A stretch of DNA of 64,000 nt from an uncultured virus (IMG/VR IMGVR_UViG_3300044733_004146) (lineage: Duplodnaviria; Heunggongvirae; Uroviricota; Caudoviricetes): IMG/VR virus record IMGVR_UViG_3300044733_004146. One strand, given 5' to 3'. Under the pieces are notes generated by a model that saw nothing but the letters and a program-made list of their open reading frames with translations, did no database searches and was not told where the DNA came from. The position numbers were made by a program, and so were the translations under genes. Positions 44,127-53,606 of this stretch are shown here, piece after piece. How positions within the stretch are numbered: position 1 is the first letter of the stretch; each line of letters opens with the position of its first letter.

Positions 44127-45350
44127 ATGGGACAAATTATTGCCAACAACGAACAGTTTGAAACTCACATTCAAGCTGATTGGCGCGGACAACTTTTACA
44201 AACAGGACCAGACAGTGGCGTTGTAGATGCATTTGGCAGGGCTCGCACCAGTTCTCCTTATACGCTGTTTGATAGCACAATGCGCTATGACAAACGGCCC
44301 GATCAATGGTTTGACAAAATTGTTGGTAGTGGTACATCCACGTTTTTAACCAATCAAAGCAGTGTGGCAATGGCTACCACCACTGCTTCTGGCGACACTG
44401 TTTTGCGCCGGACAAAACAAAATTTTCCTTACCAAGCAGGGAAAAGCATGATGATGCTACAGAGCTTTGTTGGCTCTACTCCCACTGCTGGTTTAATTCA
44501 AGAAGTGGGGCTATTTAATGATTCTGATGGGGTGATGTTTAGGGCTAGTGGCACTACTTTGCAGTTTGTCATTAGAAGCAATGCCTCTGGCAGCGTGGTG
44601 GAAGATGTGGTCAATCAAAGCGCCTGGAATCTTAATACATTGTCTAGCTTGGATATTTCTAAGGCTCAAATTTTCACCGCCGATCTTGAATGGCTTGGAG
44701 TGGGAAGAGTGCGTTGTGGTTTTATTATTAACGGCGAAATTGTTTATTGCCACGAATTCAATCATTACAACACGCTTTCCTCTGTTTATATGACAACGGC
44801 TATTTTGCCATTGTCCTATCGCATTCACAATGCTTCGGCTCAGGCGTCTGGTCATACGTTTAAACATATTTGTTGCAGCATTTTAAGCGAGGGCGGCTAT
44901 GAACCAGATGGTCCTATTTATTCCATTGCCCATGATATTGGCTCTGTTCCTAATACATCTGGAGAACGTATCACTGCTGGCATTCGCATGGCTAGTGGCC
45001 GCACTGGTAATGTAATTTTGCCTGTAAAAATTTCAACTACTGTTGGAACAAGTGATATTGTTTTGTGGCGTCTGCGTCTCAATCCAACCATCACTGGAAC
45101 ATCGTGGCAGGCCGCTAATAATGGCAGAGGAAACGTGGAAACAATTGCCAGTGGCACTGTGAGCGGCGGCACGATTATTGATTCTGGTTTTGTTGCACAA
45201 GGAAGCGCTATTAACTACACAATTGGAGAAGCCATTCGTTTGTCTTTAGGACAAAACGCTTCAGGTGTAAGCGACACGCTTGTGCTTACTGTGGACAGCG
45301 ATACAAGCGCTAAGGCCCTTGGACTGATTGGCTGGGTAGAAGTGGTTTAA
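44127..45350 (+). CDS. Virion structural protein (lectin-like beta sandwich)
   Basis: DAFGRAR..P.TLFDS, YQAGKS and LEWLGVGRVRCGF. Confidence 0.6.
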   Translation: MGQIIANNEQFETHIQADWRGQLLQTGPDSGVVDAFGRARTSSPYTLFDSTMRYDKRPDQWFDKIVGSGTSTFLTNQSSVAMATTTASGDTVLRRTKQNFPYQAGKSMMMLQSFVGSTPTAGLIQEVGLFNDSDGVMFRASGTTLQFVIRSNASGSVVEDVVNQSAWNLNTLSSLDISKAQIFTADLEWLGVGRVRCGFIINGEIVYCHEFNHYNTLSSVYMTTAILPLSYRIHNASAQASGHTFKHICCSILSEGGYEPDGPIYSIAHDIGSVPNTSGERITAGIRMASGRTGNVILPVKISTTVGTSDIVLWRLRLNPTITGTSWQAANNGRGNVETIASGTVSGGTIIDSGFVAQGSAINYTIGEAIRLSLGQNASGVSDTLVLTVDSDTSAKALGLIGWVEVV

Positions 45351-45382
45351 TTTGCTTACAATGAAAGAAAGGGCATTTTGAA

Positions 45383-45721
45383 ATGATTGTTCCCGGCAAG
45401 CACGATATTACAATCTATCAAGGCGCCACTTTTGAGCTGCAAGTGCAATATAAGGACAATGCTGGCACGCCCGTCAACATGAGCGGCTATACAATTGCTT
45501 CTAAGCTATATGATCGTTTGGGGATTAATAAACTCGCGGATTTTACAGTTTCTTACGTGAGCCAGGCTAGTGGTATTTTTAAAATTCGCTTGGCGGCTTC
45601 CGGGACAAGTGGCATCACTGAACAAGGGCAATATGATGTTTTAATTACTGAACCCAGCAATGATGCTTATTATATTTTGGAGGGCAATGCATATTTAAAT
45701 CCTGGGCTAAGCTATAAATGA
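45383..45721 (+). CDS. Fibre adaptor (BppU-N-like Ig fold), paralog 2
   Basis: PGKHDITIYQGATF...PVNMSGY...QYDV...YILEG. Confidence 0.65.
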   Translation: MIVPGKHDITIYQGATFELQVQYKDNAGTPVNMSGYTIASKLYDRLGINKLADFTVSYVSQASGIFKIRLAASGTSGITEQGQYDVLITEPSNDAYYILEGNAYLNPGLSYK

Positions 45722-46128
45722 CAGTTATTGTTCAAGAAAGCAATAGTACAGTCGATGTGACGGAAGAAAATGCTTCTGTCATCATTGTTGATCAAGCTGG
45801 CAATGAAATAGTTGTCACGGCAAATGATGTCCCAATTGTTGCCATTGGAGCATCGTCTTCTGTTGAATTAGATTTCTTTGGCAATGGTCCTCAAGGCGTG
45901 CCTGGCCCTGGAATCATTCCTAGTGGAACCACTGGGCAAGTGTTGGCAAAAACAAGCAATGCAAATTATGACACGCAATGGAAAACGCTAAATATTGCTG
46001 ATTTAGCCGATGTCAATGTGAGCGCTAAAACCAATGGTAGCGTGCTTGTTTATGATGGAAATAGTCAACAGTTTGTTGCTAATTCTTCTTTCACTTCATT
46101 GTCTTTGACTGACGGGGGTAATTACTAA
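45718..46128 (+). CDS. Fibre connector protein
   Basis: GPQGVPG, GTTGQVLAK....YDTQW and LADV...GSVLVYD. Ends DGGNY. Confidence 0.65.
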   Translation: MTVIVQESNSTVDVTEENASVIIVDQAGNEIVVTANDVPIVAIGASSSVELDFFGNGPQGVPGPGIIPSGTTGQVLAKTSNANYDTQWKTLNIADLADVNVSAKTNGSVLVYDGNSQQFVANSSFTSLSLTDGGNY

Positions 46129-47090
46129 TGGCGAATACCATTCGCATTAAGAGGCGTGCAAGTGGTGCCGCTGGTGCCCCCACGAGCCTGGCAAATGCCG
46201 AACTTGCTTTTAATGAAGTTGATGACGTTCTTTATTACGGCAAAGGCACTGGTGGAGCAGGAGGTACTGCCACTACTGTTGAGGCGATTGGTGGAAGCGG
46301 AGCGTTTGTTACGCTAACTGGCAGCCAAACTATTAGTGGTAATAAAACTTTTACTGGCACTGTTTCGTTTTCTGCTGTTAGTGGATTAACTACGATTGGT
46401 GATGCCACGATTGGTGGCAATCTTACTGTCAATGGCACCACTACAACTGTCAATAGTACAACTGTTCTTGTAGACGACAAAAATATTGAACTTGGTAGTA
46501 TTGCAAGTCCCAGCGATACTACTGCCGATGGTGGCGGCATCACCCTTAAAGGCTCTACAGATAAAACTTTTAATTGGTCTAATGCCACTGATGCATGGAC
46601 TAGTAGTGAGCATTTAGACCTTGCCAATGGCAAAGCCTTTTATATCAATGCCACGCAGGTATTAAGCGCCACTGCCTTGGGCGCGGGCGTGGTTTCGTCA
46701 AGCCTTACTAGCGTTGGCACGATTAGTGGTGGCACGTGGCAAGGCACGGCTGTTGCAGTGGCCTATGGCGGCACTGGTGCTGCCACTGCTTCCGGAGCCC
46801 GCACCAATCTTGGGCTGATTATTGGCACAAACGTGCAGGCTTATGACGCAGATCTTGCGGCATTGGCGGGCGTTACGTCTGCTGCTGATAAAGTGCCCTA
46901 TTTCACAGGCACTGCCACGGCTGATGTGGCTACGCTCACCAGTTTTGGCCGTAGCCTCATTGACGATGCTGACGCTGCTGCTGCCCGCACGACGCTTGGT
47001 CTTGGCACCATGTCCACACAGAATGCCAATAATGTGAGCATCACTGGCGGCAGCATTGATGGCGTAGAGATTGATGGTGGTTCGTATTAG
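46128..47090 (+). CDS. Tail fibre protein
   Basis: Mtd-N-like start (IRIKR...LANAELAFN), GNLTVNGTTTTVNST, ARTNLGL and VQAYDADL. Ends DGGSY. Confidence 0.75.
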   Translation: MANTIRIKRRASGAAGAPTSLANAELAFNEVDDVLYYGKGTGGAGGTATTVEAIGGSGAFVTLTGSQTISGNKTFTGTVSFSAVSGLTTIGDATIGGNLTVNGTTTTVNSTTVLVDDKNIELGSIASPSDTTADGGGITLKGSTDKTFNWSNATDAWTSSEHLDLANGKAFYINATQVLSATALGAGVVSSSLTSVGTISGGTWQGTAVAVAYGGTGAATASGARTNLGLIIGTNVQAYDADLAALAGVTSAADKVPYFTGTATADVATLTSFGRSLIDDADAAAARTTLGLGTMSTQNANNVSITGGSIDGVEIDGGSY

Positions 47091-47120
47091 GGCTAAGATG
47101 GCGGCAAACGCTTTCTTTCC

Positions 47121-47318
47121 ATGAATCCTGAACTGTGGCCTGACAAATGGTATGAGCAAAAAATTGAAATGATCTCTGAAGCTCTTCAGGAGCTTCTTAC
47201 TGATGGCGATGCAGCCAAGGCCAAGCAAGGGCTGATTGATTCCATTGCTTCGTGGACCAGTTATCACGAAGAGGAACTGGCCAAATGGAACCGGCTTAAA
47301 GCTCTTCTGGGCCTTTGA
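47121..47318 (+). CDS. Hypothetical protein
   Basis: Helical ORF with a TAAGAT box upstream. Confidence 0.55.
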   Translation: MNPELWPDKWYEQKIEMISEALQELLTDGDAAKAKQGLIDSIASWTSYHEEELAKWNRLKALLGL

Positions 47319-47700
47319 GCTGGTAAGTGATGCGAAGCTCTCCTCCGAGGGCCTTCACAGCCTCGCTGGCATCCGCTGGCAGGGCTTTCTCAATCATGAC
47401 AGACGGAACAATGGCATTAGGCAAGGGCGTGACAATGGCATCAGGAAAAAGCTTTTTAGCTTGATCAGCCAAAGCATTGGCTTTTGTTTCTCTTTCTTTT
47501 TTTTCCCATTGTTTTACTAATGCTGCCGCTTGCTCGTCCACTTTTTCCATGACAATTTTGGTTTTCCATTCTGCCCAATCTGGCCGGCAATAAGCCATGA
47601 ACATTTTGAACCATGGTTGAAAAGCAAGAGAGGGCCGTTTTGTAACGGCCCACAGTCCTGCTTCATAGCACAAAGCATTAAACCAGCTTTGGCCGCTCAT
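47296..47700 (-). CDS. Hypothetical protein in the lysis operon
   Basis: Coupled to the endolysin stop codon. Confidence 0.65.
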   Translation of the reverse strand: MSGQSWFNALCYEAGLWAVTKRPSLAFQPWFKMFMAYCRPDWAEWKTKIVMEKVDEQAAALVKQWEKKERETKANALADQAKKLFPDAIVTPLPNAIVPSVMIEKALPADASEAVKALGGELRITYQLKGPEEL

Positions 47701-48641
47701 CCTTCTTGGAAAACACTGGCAAAGACGGTGCCAGCTTTAGTGAGAGGCAGAATGCGATCACGAAGATCAATATTATGACAGCGCACGCAACCATGCGTTG
47801 GGAAAAGAGGTTGCTTGGGTGCCCATGCGCCAGGCCAGCCGCATGCACTGCCGCCCCCATGAATCATCAGACCGGCGCGGCCAATGCCAGTTTCTTGCCC
47901 TTCTAAATCAATTAAATCAAAACTATACCAACCGTAGGCCATAAGAGTGCGATCATAGGCGGGCTTATCTTTCTTGCTTTCATAGTCTTTGTAAATGGCA
48001 CCAATTTTATAAACGCCAGGCGGCGTGTCAGAATTTTGCAGCTTAAATTCATTGTCAGAATATTGCCCGCGAGCAAGACAAGGAATTTCCCATAAAAATT
48101 CGCCTTCAAAATTAAAGGCTTTCATTGTTTCACTTATGTCATTAACAATGAGATGGGAATCTCCCTTTTTAAAACCAAACTGTTGGGGCTTTTTCTTGGG
48201 ACCAATCATGATAATTTGCGTTGATTCAGGGGCATATTCTTTCATTAGCTTAGACAGTTTTATTGGATAGTCAGGATCAGTGGCATAGTGCTGCTCCTTT
48301 AATGCACGGGCCGCTGCGTAACGATTGGGCGCATTGTTGATACCTTTGAAATGACGATAGTCTTTATACCAGCGAGTGACAAGATAATCAATGCATGCAG
48401 CAAGGCTGGGAAAATCAATAAAACCAGCCTTAATGGTCACCCACTGACCGTCGTACCATTCTTGAGTGGTTGTGGCAGTGCCAGGTCCCTTCAAGCCAAG
48501 ATAATTGTTTTTGCCACTGGTGTGCTTACCAAAGCCACTTTCTAAGCAGCATTGTGCTGCGACAAGCTCGGGATAGCGAGCGCCGCAACGACGGGCTGTC
48601 TGGAAGCATTCATTCCAGAACGCCCTACTATCAGCCCACAT
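47697..48641 (-). CDS. Endolysin: glucosaminidase (GH73-like) fused to an L,D-transpeptidase (YkuD-like) domain
   Basis: AAQCCLESG..NNYLGLK...YATDPDY, then DTPPG.Y and IHGGG...THGCVR. Confidence 0.85.
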   Translation of the reverse strand: MWADSRAFWNECFQTARRCGARYPELVAAQCCLESGFGKHTSGKNNYLGLKGPGTATTTQEWYDGQWVTIKAGFIDFPSLAACIDYLVTRWYKDYRHFKGINNAPNRYAAARALKEQHYATDPDYPIKLSKLMKEYAPESTQIIMIGPKKKPQQFGFKKGDSHLIVNDISETMKAFNFEGEFLWEIPCLARGQYSDNEFKLQNSDTPPGVYKIGAIYKDYESKKDKPAYDRTLMAYGWYSFDLIDLEGQETGIGRAGLMIHGGGSACGWPGAWAPKQPLFPTHGCVRCHNIDLRDRILPLTKAGTVFASVFQEG

Positions 48642-48650
48642 GACTAAGCC

Positions 48651-48794
48651 TCAGCCCTTCACGCGGAAAATAGTCTTCAGTCCTTCCAGAAGAAGCTGGA
48701 GCACGTTGTTGCTTTTCCAAGGGGAACGATCAAGAATTTGATCTGCAGCAGCAATTAAAATGCCACCAATAACAAACCATTCAGCGCCGCTCAT
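48651..48794 (-). CDS. 47-aa holin-like membrane peptide (not in ORF track)
   Basis: MSGAEWFVIGGILIAAADQILDRSPWKSNNVLQLLLEGLKTIFRVKG, directly upstream of the endolysin. Confidence 0.6.
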   Translation of the reverse strand: MSGAEWFVIGGILIAAADQILDRSPWKSNNVLQLLLEGLKTIFRVKG

Positions 48795-48823
48795 TGTTTG
48801 ATAAGCGAATTTATATTTACAGC

Positions 48824-49033
48824 CTAGCGTCGAATTTCTAAAGAACGCACCCTAGTTTCAAGAGTGGTGATATTTTCCGTAAGAGTGTCAAGCTTTTCCG
48901 TGATACTTTCAATTTGCGTGGCCACCTTAACTTGTTGGTTCCCTACTGTAATTAACATTGCTCCAGTGGACAGCAGCATGCCAGCCGTCAATGTGGCTAC
49001 AAAATTTGCAAGACCTTCTTGAAAATTTTTCAT
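48824..49033 (-). CDS. Small membrane plus coiled-coil protein of the lysis region
   Basis: Hydrophobic N-terminal half. Ends LETRVRSLE. Confidence 0.65.
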   Translation of the reverse strand: MKNFQEGLANFVATLTAGMLLSTGAMLITVGNQQVKVATQIESITEKLDTLTENITTLETRVRSLEIRR

Positions 49034-49121
49034 TGATAGCAGTGCATTTATTAATTATAAACATTCTCATTGAGGCAAATTGAGCCGTTAGATTAGTGGC
49101 AAGAAAATTAAATATGCTCCC

Positions 49122-49601
49122 ATGCAAGTAGCGAATGGTCCCGATGAGCTGTTACATTCTCTCATTGAACTTCGCCCTGGAGATGCACGACGCCGATTTA
49201 GAAAAAGCATTTTTGAAGACTATCCACTGAAAGGACCGTTCGGGCAGTGTGCCTGTGCCTACTGCGGCAAGTGGAACGAAAAGCTTACTTTGGACCACAT
49301 TGTTCCCAAAAGCAAGGGAGGTCCACATTTTGCAAAATATAATTTAGTGCCATCTTGCAAGAGCTGTAATTTAGATAAAGGGGCAGAGCGTATTTTTGAA
49401 TGGTGGAGGCCGCAACAATTCTGGACGCCTCGTCGAGAAGAAATTTTGACGAGCTGGGTGCATTGCCATAGCTTTGTCAGTGCCCACACCTCCCTGCAAG
49501 ATGTGGAAGCATATGCCGAGGATCGCGGCCTTTATATTCCTTCGCAAGAAAAAGCCCCCATTGTCGGGGGCTTTCTATTAGGAACAGTTTGCGCTGCTTA
49601 G
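49122..49601 (+). CDS. HNH endonuclease
   Basis: CAYCG...LTLDHIVPKSKGG...NLVPSCKSCNLDK. Confidence 0.9.
   Translation: MQVANGPDELLHSLIELRPGDARRRFRKSIFEDYPLKGPFGQCACAYCGKWNEKLTLDHIVPKSKGGPHFAKYNLVPSCKSCNLDKGAERIFEWWRPQQFWTPRREEILTSWVHCHSFVSAHTSLQDVEAYAEDRGLYIPSQEKAPIVGGFLLGTVCAA
49551..49575. terminator. Bidirectional terminator between convergent genes
   Basis: AAAGCCCCC-ATTGTC-GGGGGCTTT. Confidence 0.6.
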
Positions 49602-49969
49602 CAATCGTTGATAGGAGAGAACATGGGCTCATCAATGGCCCTTTCTCCAATGCGAGCGCCAGGCATGGGGCAGAAGCCGTCTTTACAATTGTTTTCAATG
49701 GCATCAAGGGCTTCCTTCTCTTGCTCCATTTCCATGGCAAAGATGAGAGCCTTTAGATACCACTTGGCTTTCTTTAAATCTTCCAGGCCGTTTTTATTTT
49801 CATAGCGCCAAACATATTTGACGATATTGCCCTTGAGAAAGCCGCGAAAGGCTTCAGGGCTCATGCAAGCTTCTAGTGCTTCAATGGCCTCGATGCCACC
49901 AGATGCATAGTGCATGGGGCTGTTAACTGGATCAAACACTTTAGGGCGACCTTCAAAAGGAACAGTCAT
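49598..49969 (-). CDS. DUF3310 (T7 gp1.7-like nucleotide kinase family) protein
   Basis: DPVNSPMHY..GGIEAI...GFLKGNIVKYVWRY..KNG.EDLKKA.WYL. Confidence 0.88.
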   Translation of the reverse strand: MTVPFEGRPKVFDPVNSPMHYASGGIEAIEALEACMSPEAFRGFLKGNIVKYVWRYENKNGLEDLKKAKWYLKALIFAMEMEQEKEALDAIENNCKDGFCPMPGARIGERAIDEPMFSPINDC

Positions 49970-50669
49970 TGGCTTCAAAAGCATCAAAAGCCTCTCGGAA
50001 CAGAGGCCGTGCCAGCAAGGATAGTGCCTGAGCATAGGCTTGGATTTCACCTTGAGCATCTGCTGGTGAGCGAAGGCTGATGAAATGCAGCAATGCTTGC
50101 AAACTACAGGTCCAGGTGAAGGAAGTATAGAGCGACGTGGGCAGTACGCCACGAGCTTGTTCTTTACTCACACCAAGCGCCATGAGCGTCTGATAAGCGC
50201 CTTTGGCGGCCTGCAAGCCCTTGGCATATTCAATCATGGCTATCTCATTGGAGCGGCCTTCCAGGGGGCCGGCTGAGGCTTGTTTATTGCTATCGCTTTG
50301 CTGGCGAAACTCACGAGGCATGTAAAATTCTTCACTATCAGCTTCACAATATCTAAAGCTTTTTTCGTTCCAGCCCAATTGGTCATTGGCATAAGTGCCG
50401 CCAATAACGTGCTTCCACCATTGCCGAGCAATGAAGAGAGGAGCTTTTACTTGCCACTTCGTTACAACACCACGGAACGGGCTGGTATGTTGATGCTTAA
50501 CTAAATAATTCAGGAGTTTTTGGTCTTTCTCCGACCATTCAGCGCTGCTTTGGCCAAAAGATTGGCGAGCATCGCAGACGATATCAATAGAACTGCCCAT
50601 CCAGTCAATAAGACGCACAAAGCTGATGCCATCGTTCAAAGGATCAATAGAGGAGTTAATGGGAGCCAT
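49953..50669 (-). CDS. thyX: Flavin-dependent thymidylate synthase
   Basis: HTSPF, APLFIARQWWKH, WNEKSFRY, EQARGVLP and LR....AQ.EI. Confidence 0.92.
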   Translation of the reverse strand: MAPINSSIDPLNDGISFVRLIDWMGSSIDIVCDARQSFGQSSAEWSEKDQKLLNYLVKHQHTSPFRGVVTKWQVKAPLFIARQWWKHVIGGTYANDQLGWNEKSFRYCEADSEEFYMPREFRQQSDSNKQASAGPLEGRSNEIAMIEYAKGLQAAKGAYQTLMALGVSKEQARGVLPTSLYTSFTWTCSLQALLHFISLRSPADAQGEIQAYAQALSLLARPLFREAFDAFEANDCSF

Positions 50670-51015
50670 GAAACAGAGAGGCCGGGCGTAAACGCTGCAA
50701 GCTGATTGTAGGCGAGATCTTGGTTTCTGAATGCCAGACAACTACTGCCCGTTTCTTTCCACCATTAAAAACAAAACCAATGAGAGTACCGACAATGCTA
50801 GTCAGCATCCATCCTGCTGCTGTTGGCTGCACATATACCACTTCTTCTCCAGGGCACCATTCGTGATCGCGCGGGGTGTGTGGAAGCTGAAATGGACGGT
50901 GCTCCGTAGCTTTAATTACGGCTTTCTTTCCATCGTCCACCTTGTAAACAAACTGTCTGCCATAGCCCCTCCTGGTTAGGCTAAAGCAAACAGTTTTGGA
51001 ATAATGTCCACGCAT
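50656..51015 (-). CDS. Hypothetical protein (SH3/KOW-like; start uncertain)
   Basis: Coupled to thyX. PGEEVVYV...G......AVVVW. Confidence 0.5.
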   Translation of the reverse strand: MRGHYSKTVCFSLTRRGYGRQFVYKVDDGKKAVIKATEHRPFQLPHTPRDHEWCPGEEVVYVQPTAAGWMLTSIVGTLIGFVFNGGKKRAVVVWHSETKISPTISLQRLRPASLFHGSH

Positions 51016-51375
51016 TTCTCTATTCCAGTAGAGTTAAGCTATCAAGGCCGTCCTTACATTGCTGCCATGGGTCCGTTTGAACGCAGTTTAGAAAGAGACT
51101 TCGCTTTGGCTGCCAATAAGCGTGCCATTGCAGAATGCTCTGACGTGGAAAAACTGCGGGAAGTGGCAGTAAATTTAATGGAAGGTTGGTCCAACATGCA
51201 AGAGGCTGTGGGCTCGTTGGTTAAGGAAAACCTGGAGCTGCGTCAAGCCATGTCCGTGAAAGAATGGGATTTGCAAGCTGCTGCTGAACTGCTCGATGAA
51301 GCTACGCAAATGGTCAATGACGAAGTGCAGCGGCAATCTTCTCAAGCCAAAAGGCGTCTTTGGCCGTTTGGCTAG
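51004..51375 (+). CDS. Hypothetical helical protein
   Basis: Clean ORF with a coiled-coil C-terminal half. Confidence 0.65.
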   Translation: MSTHFSIPVELSYQGRPYIAAMGPFERSLERDFALAANKRAIAECSDVEKLREVAVNLMEGWSNMQEAVGSLVKENLELRQAMSVKEWDLQAAAELLDEATQMVNDEVQRQSSQAKRRLWPFG

Positions 51376-51673
51376 TCAATAAAAACACTCTCCATCCTCC
51401 CATTGTGGCGAGGTTGAACTTTCGGGCATCACGCTCATAACCACTGCCGGTAACGTGACGGCCTCGATTGAAAGTTCCGCCTTGGATTTCAATGAGGCTA
51501 TTGGATGGGAGGTGAGCGAAGTCAGCCCGATAACGCTTAGATCGTTTTGATTTTGCATAGCGCTCTTGAAAATCAGCTTCCCAAGTGGGAACATCACTGA
51601 ATTCTCTGATCAATGTGAGATCGGGATAGTGAGCTTGCCACAGTCCGAGAAACTGATCTTCAAGGGCACTCAC
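51314..51673 (-). CDS. PD-(D/E)XK / DUF559-like endonuclease
   Basis: SALE..F, YRADF, LIEIQGG and D..KFN.A...GWRV. Confidence 0.85.
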   Translation of the reverse strand: MSALEDQFLGLWQAHYPDLTLIREFSDVPTWEADFQERYAKSKRSKRYRADFAHLPSNSLIEIQGGTFNRGRHVTGSGYERDARKFNLATMGGWRVFLLTSQTAKDAFWLEKIAAALRH

Positions 51674-51676
51674 GCA

Positions 51677-52261
51677 TCAGACGGCAGCGAAAGATACTTT
51701 AGCGCCTTGATTCTGATACTTTCCTTTGCCATAGGCTTGGCCTACGTCGCCAGAAAGCTGCATAAACATGATTTGCACTATGCCTTCATTGGCATAAATG
51801 CGAGCCGGAAAAGCCAGGGGATTGACAATACAAATAGTGAGAAAGCCAGACCAACCAGGCTCAATTGGCGTAACGTTAATGATGGTGCCTTGACGTGCAT
51901 ACGTACTTTTCCCATCGCATATGCCCATCACATTGTTGGGCATCGTGATGCGTTCAAGACTAACGCCTAATGCGTAGGAAAAAGGAGGCAAAACAAAAAA
52001 TGTGCTGCCAAGTTCTTCGATAGGCGTGGCTTCATACATCATGCTCTCATCAAAACGCTTCACATCCAGCGCCCTGACTTCCTGGTTGTTGTTGATGACC
52101 ATGAAGCCCTTAGGGGACAGGCGAAGGTCGTAACCAGCGTGCGACAGGCCATAGGACAATGCCTTGGTGCCATTGTCAAGCTCACGGCGCTTTTCGCCAG
52201 TGAAGGGAAAGATAATATCGTTTTCAGCGAGGATGCTGATTTCTTTATCAGTGAGAAGCAT
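51677..52261 (-). CDS. dcd: dCTP deaminase
   Basis: SYGLSHAGYDLRL, GKSTYARQG, TPIEPGW.G and GKYQNQ. Confidence 0.93.
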   Translation of the reverse strand: MLLTDKEISILAENDIIFPFTGEKRRELDNGTKALSYGLSHAGYDLRLSPKGFMVINNNQEVRALDVKRFDESMMYEATPIEELGSTFFVLPPFSYALGVSLERITMPNNVMGICDGKSTYARQGTIINVTPIEPGWSGFLTICIVNPLAFPARIYANEGIVQIMFMQLSGDVGQAYGKGKYQNQGAKVSFAAV

Positions 52262-52448
52262 TGTTTGAAGAGCGAGAAAACAAGCCCATAGAGAGCCAAA
52301 CAAGAATTGCGGCAGGCCAAAAGGGCACAGACGGCCAGATTGACTGGACCGCCCATGCCCCTAAACAAGCCGCTCCAAAACTAATGCCTAAAACAATGGC
52401 CACTGCCAAAAGGTAGATGGGCCAATCAATAGGCTCGGAGCGCTTCAT
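52248..52448 (-). CDS. Small two-TM membrane protein
   Basis: Two hydrophobic segments. Coupled to its neighbours. Confidence 0.6.
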   Translation of the reverse strand: MKRSEPIDWPIYLLAVAIVLGISFGAACLGAWAVQSIWPSVPFWPAAILVWLSMGLFSRSSNNASH

Positions 52449-52450
52449 GA

Positions 52451-52735
52451 TCAGAACAGATCGTCAGAAGACGAGGAGCGGCTGCTGCTGCCAGCGCCGT
52501 TGCCATCGTTCTTCCAGAAGCTGGAATAAGCCTTAGGGCTGTTCTCCATCTTGTTGACGGTCACTTGCCCTTTGAAATGAGGGGAGGTGTCCTTATCGCG
52601 CTTGTCGTTGTCCCACAGCGCCACGCGGAAGCTGTAGTTACCCTGGGCGTTAGGGCCGGCTTTTTTAGCAGCATTAAGAATGTCGGGGGTGAGATCGACA
52701 GTGCCGCTAAACACGGGAAGGTTGCCAGAGGGCAT
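52451..52735 (-). CDS. Probable single-stranded DNA-binding protein (DUF736-like)
   Basis: VALW....PHFKG, flexible linker and acidic DDLF tail. Next to the exonuclease and annealing genes. Confidence 0.65.
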   Translation of the reverse strand: MPSGNLPVFSGTVDLTPDILNAAKKAGPNAQGNYSFRVALWDNDKRDKDTSPHFKGQVTVNKMENSPKAYSSFWKNDGNGAGSSSRSSSSDDLF

Positions 52736-52806
52736 TGTTTGTTCCTCAAAGGAGTGTAGTGGGCCCTGGACGGGCTGCTCCAGCTTAAGCCCGTTTCACC
52801 AAAAGA

Positions 52807-53574
52807 CTATGTCCCGCGATCTATAGAAATTGTTAAGGGCATCCCGCCTGGATAGTGGTCGAAGAAATACTGTTGCGTCTTTTGCACCATCAGCCCCGCT
52901 TGCATGGCAAGCTCCCCTGCCGACAAGCTCACCACTTGCGCTTCCTGACCTTTCTCCGTGTCGGGATCATAAATGGCGATGGCGCAATGCGCTTCATTAA
53001 TTTCAATGTCATACATCTGCTCAATGGCCTGCACATAGGCTCCGAGCTGCATGCGATAATCGGCTAGCTGTGTATCAGGCTTTTGCTTGTAGCTGGTCTT
53101 CCAATCGAGCAGCGCATAGTCACCATTATTCATCTTGGCGAGCATGTCAAACGTGCCTGAATAGCCAATTTGTCTGGCATTGTCATACCAAGCGATGGCG
53201 CTTTCAATGAGAAGAGGACTATCTACTTTCTCAAGGAACGATGAAATGGAAGTGAAATAGGGCACGTAGTTTGGATGGGAATCAAGATGACAATTCACAT
53301 CCTCTCCATTCCATAGATCCTCCAACACGCCATGCAGCCAATTGCCACGATCTACGGCATTACGAGTGCGGCGATTCGCTTCCGCATCGCCCACTTTCTT
53401 GCGCCAGTTCATGAGCGCCGCAATTTTGCCAGGGGGCGAACACGCGCTCGCAATAGTCGTCACAGAGGGCAAAACACACCCTCCGGGGACATTGGGAAAA
53501 TCGTCGCAAACGTAGTATCTCTTTTTGTTGATCTGCAGCCGGTTGGGTTCGTATCGTGCGAGCTTGGGCATCAT
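52807..53574 (-). CDS. PD-(D/E)XK (Cas4/RecB-like) exonuclease
   Basis: PSVTTI, RG..LH..LE, YSGTFD, LLDWKTS and QLGAY. Confidence 0.9.
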   Translation of the reverse strand: MMPKLARYEPNRLQINKKRYYVCDDFPNVPGGCVLPSVTTIASACSPPGKIAALMNWRKKVGDAEANRRTRNAVDRGNWLHGVLEDLWNGEDVNCHLDSHPNYVPYFTSISSFLEKVDSPLLIESAIAWYDNARQIGYSGTFDMLAKMNNGDYALLDWKTSYKQKPDTQLADYRMQLGAYVQAIEQMYDIEINEAHCAIAIYDPDTEKGQEAQVVSLSAGELAMQAGLMVQKTQQYFFDHYPGGMPLTISIDRGT

Positions 53575-53606
53575 GAGCCTGTTTAGACACAGATCGTAAC
53601 AGGCCA

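Noticed and set aside
52807..53574. Cas4-like nuclease as part of a CRISPR system
   Set aside because: No array or other cas genes. Its context with Sak and SSB genes indicates recombination.
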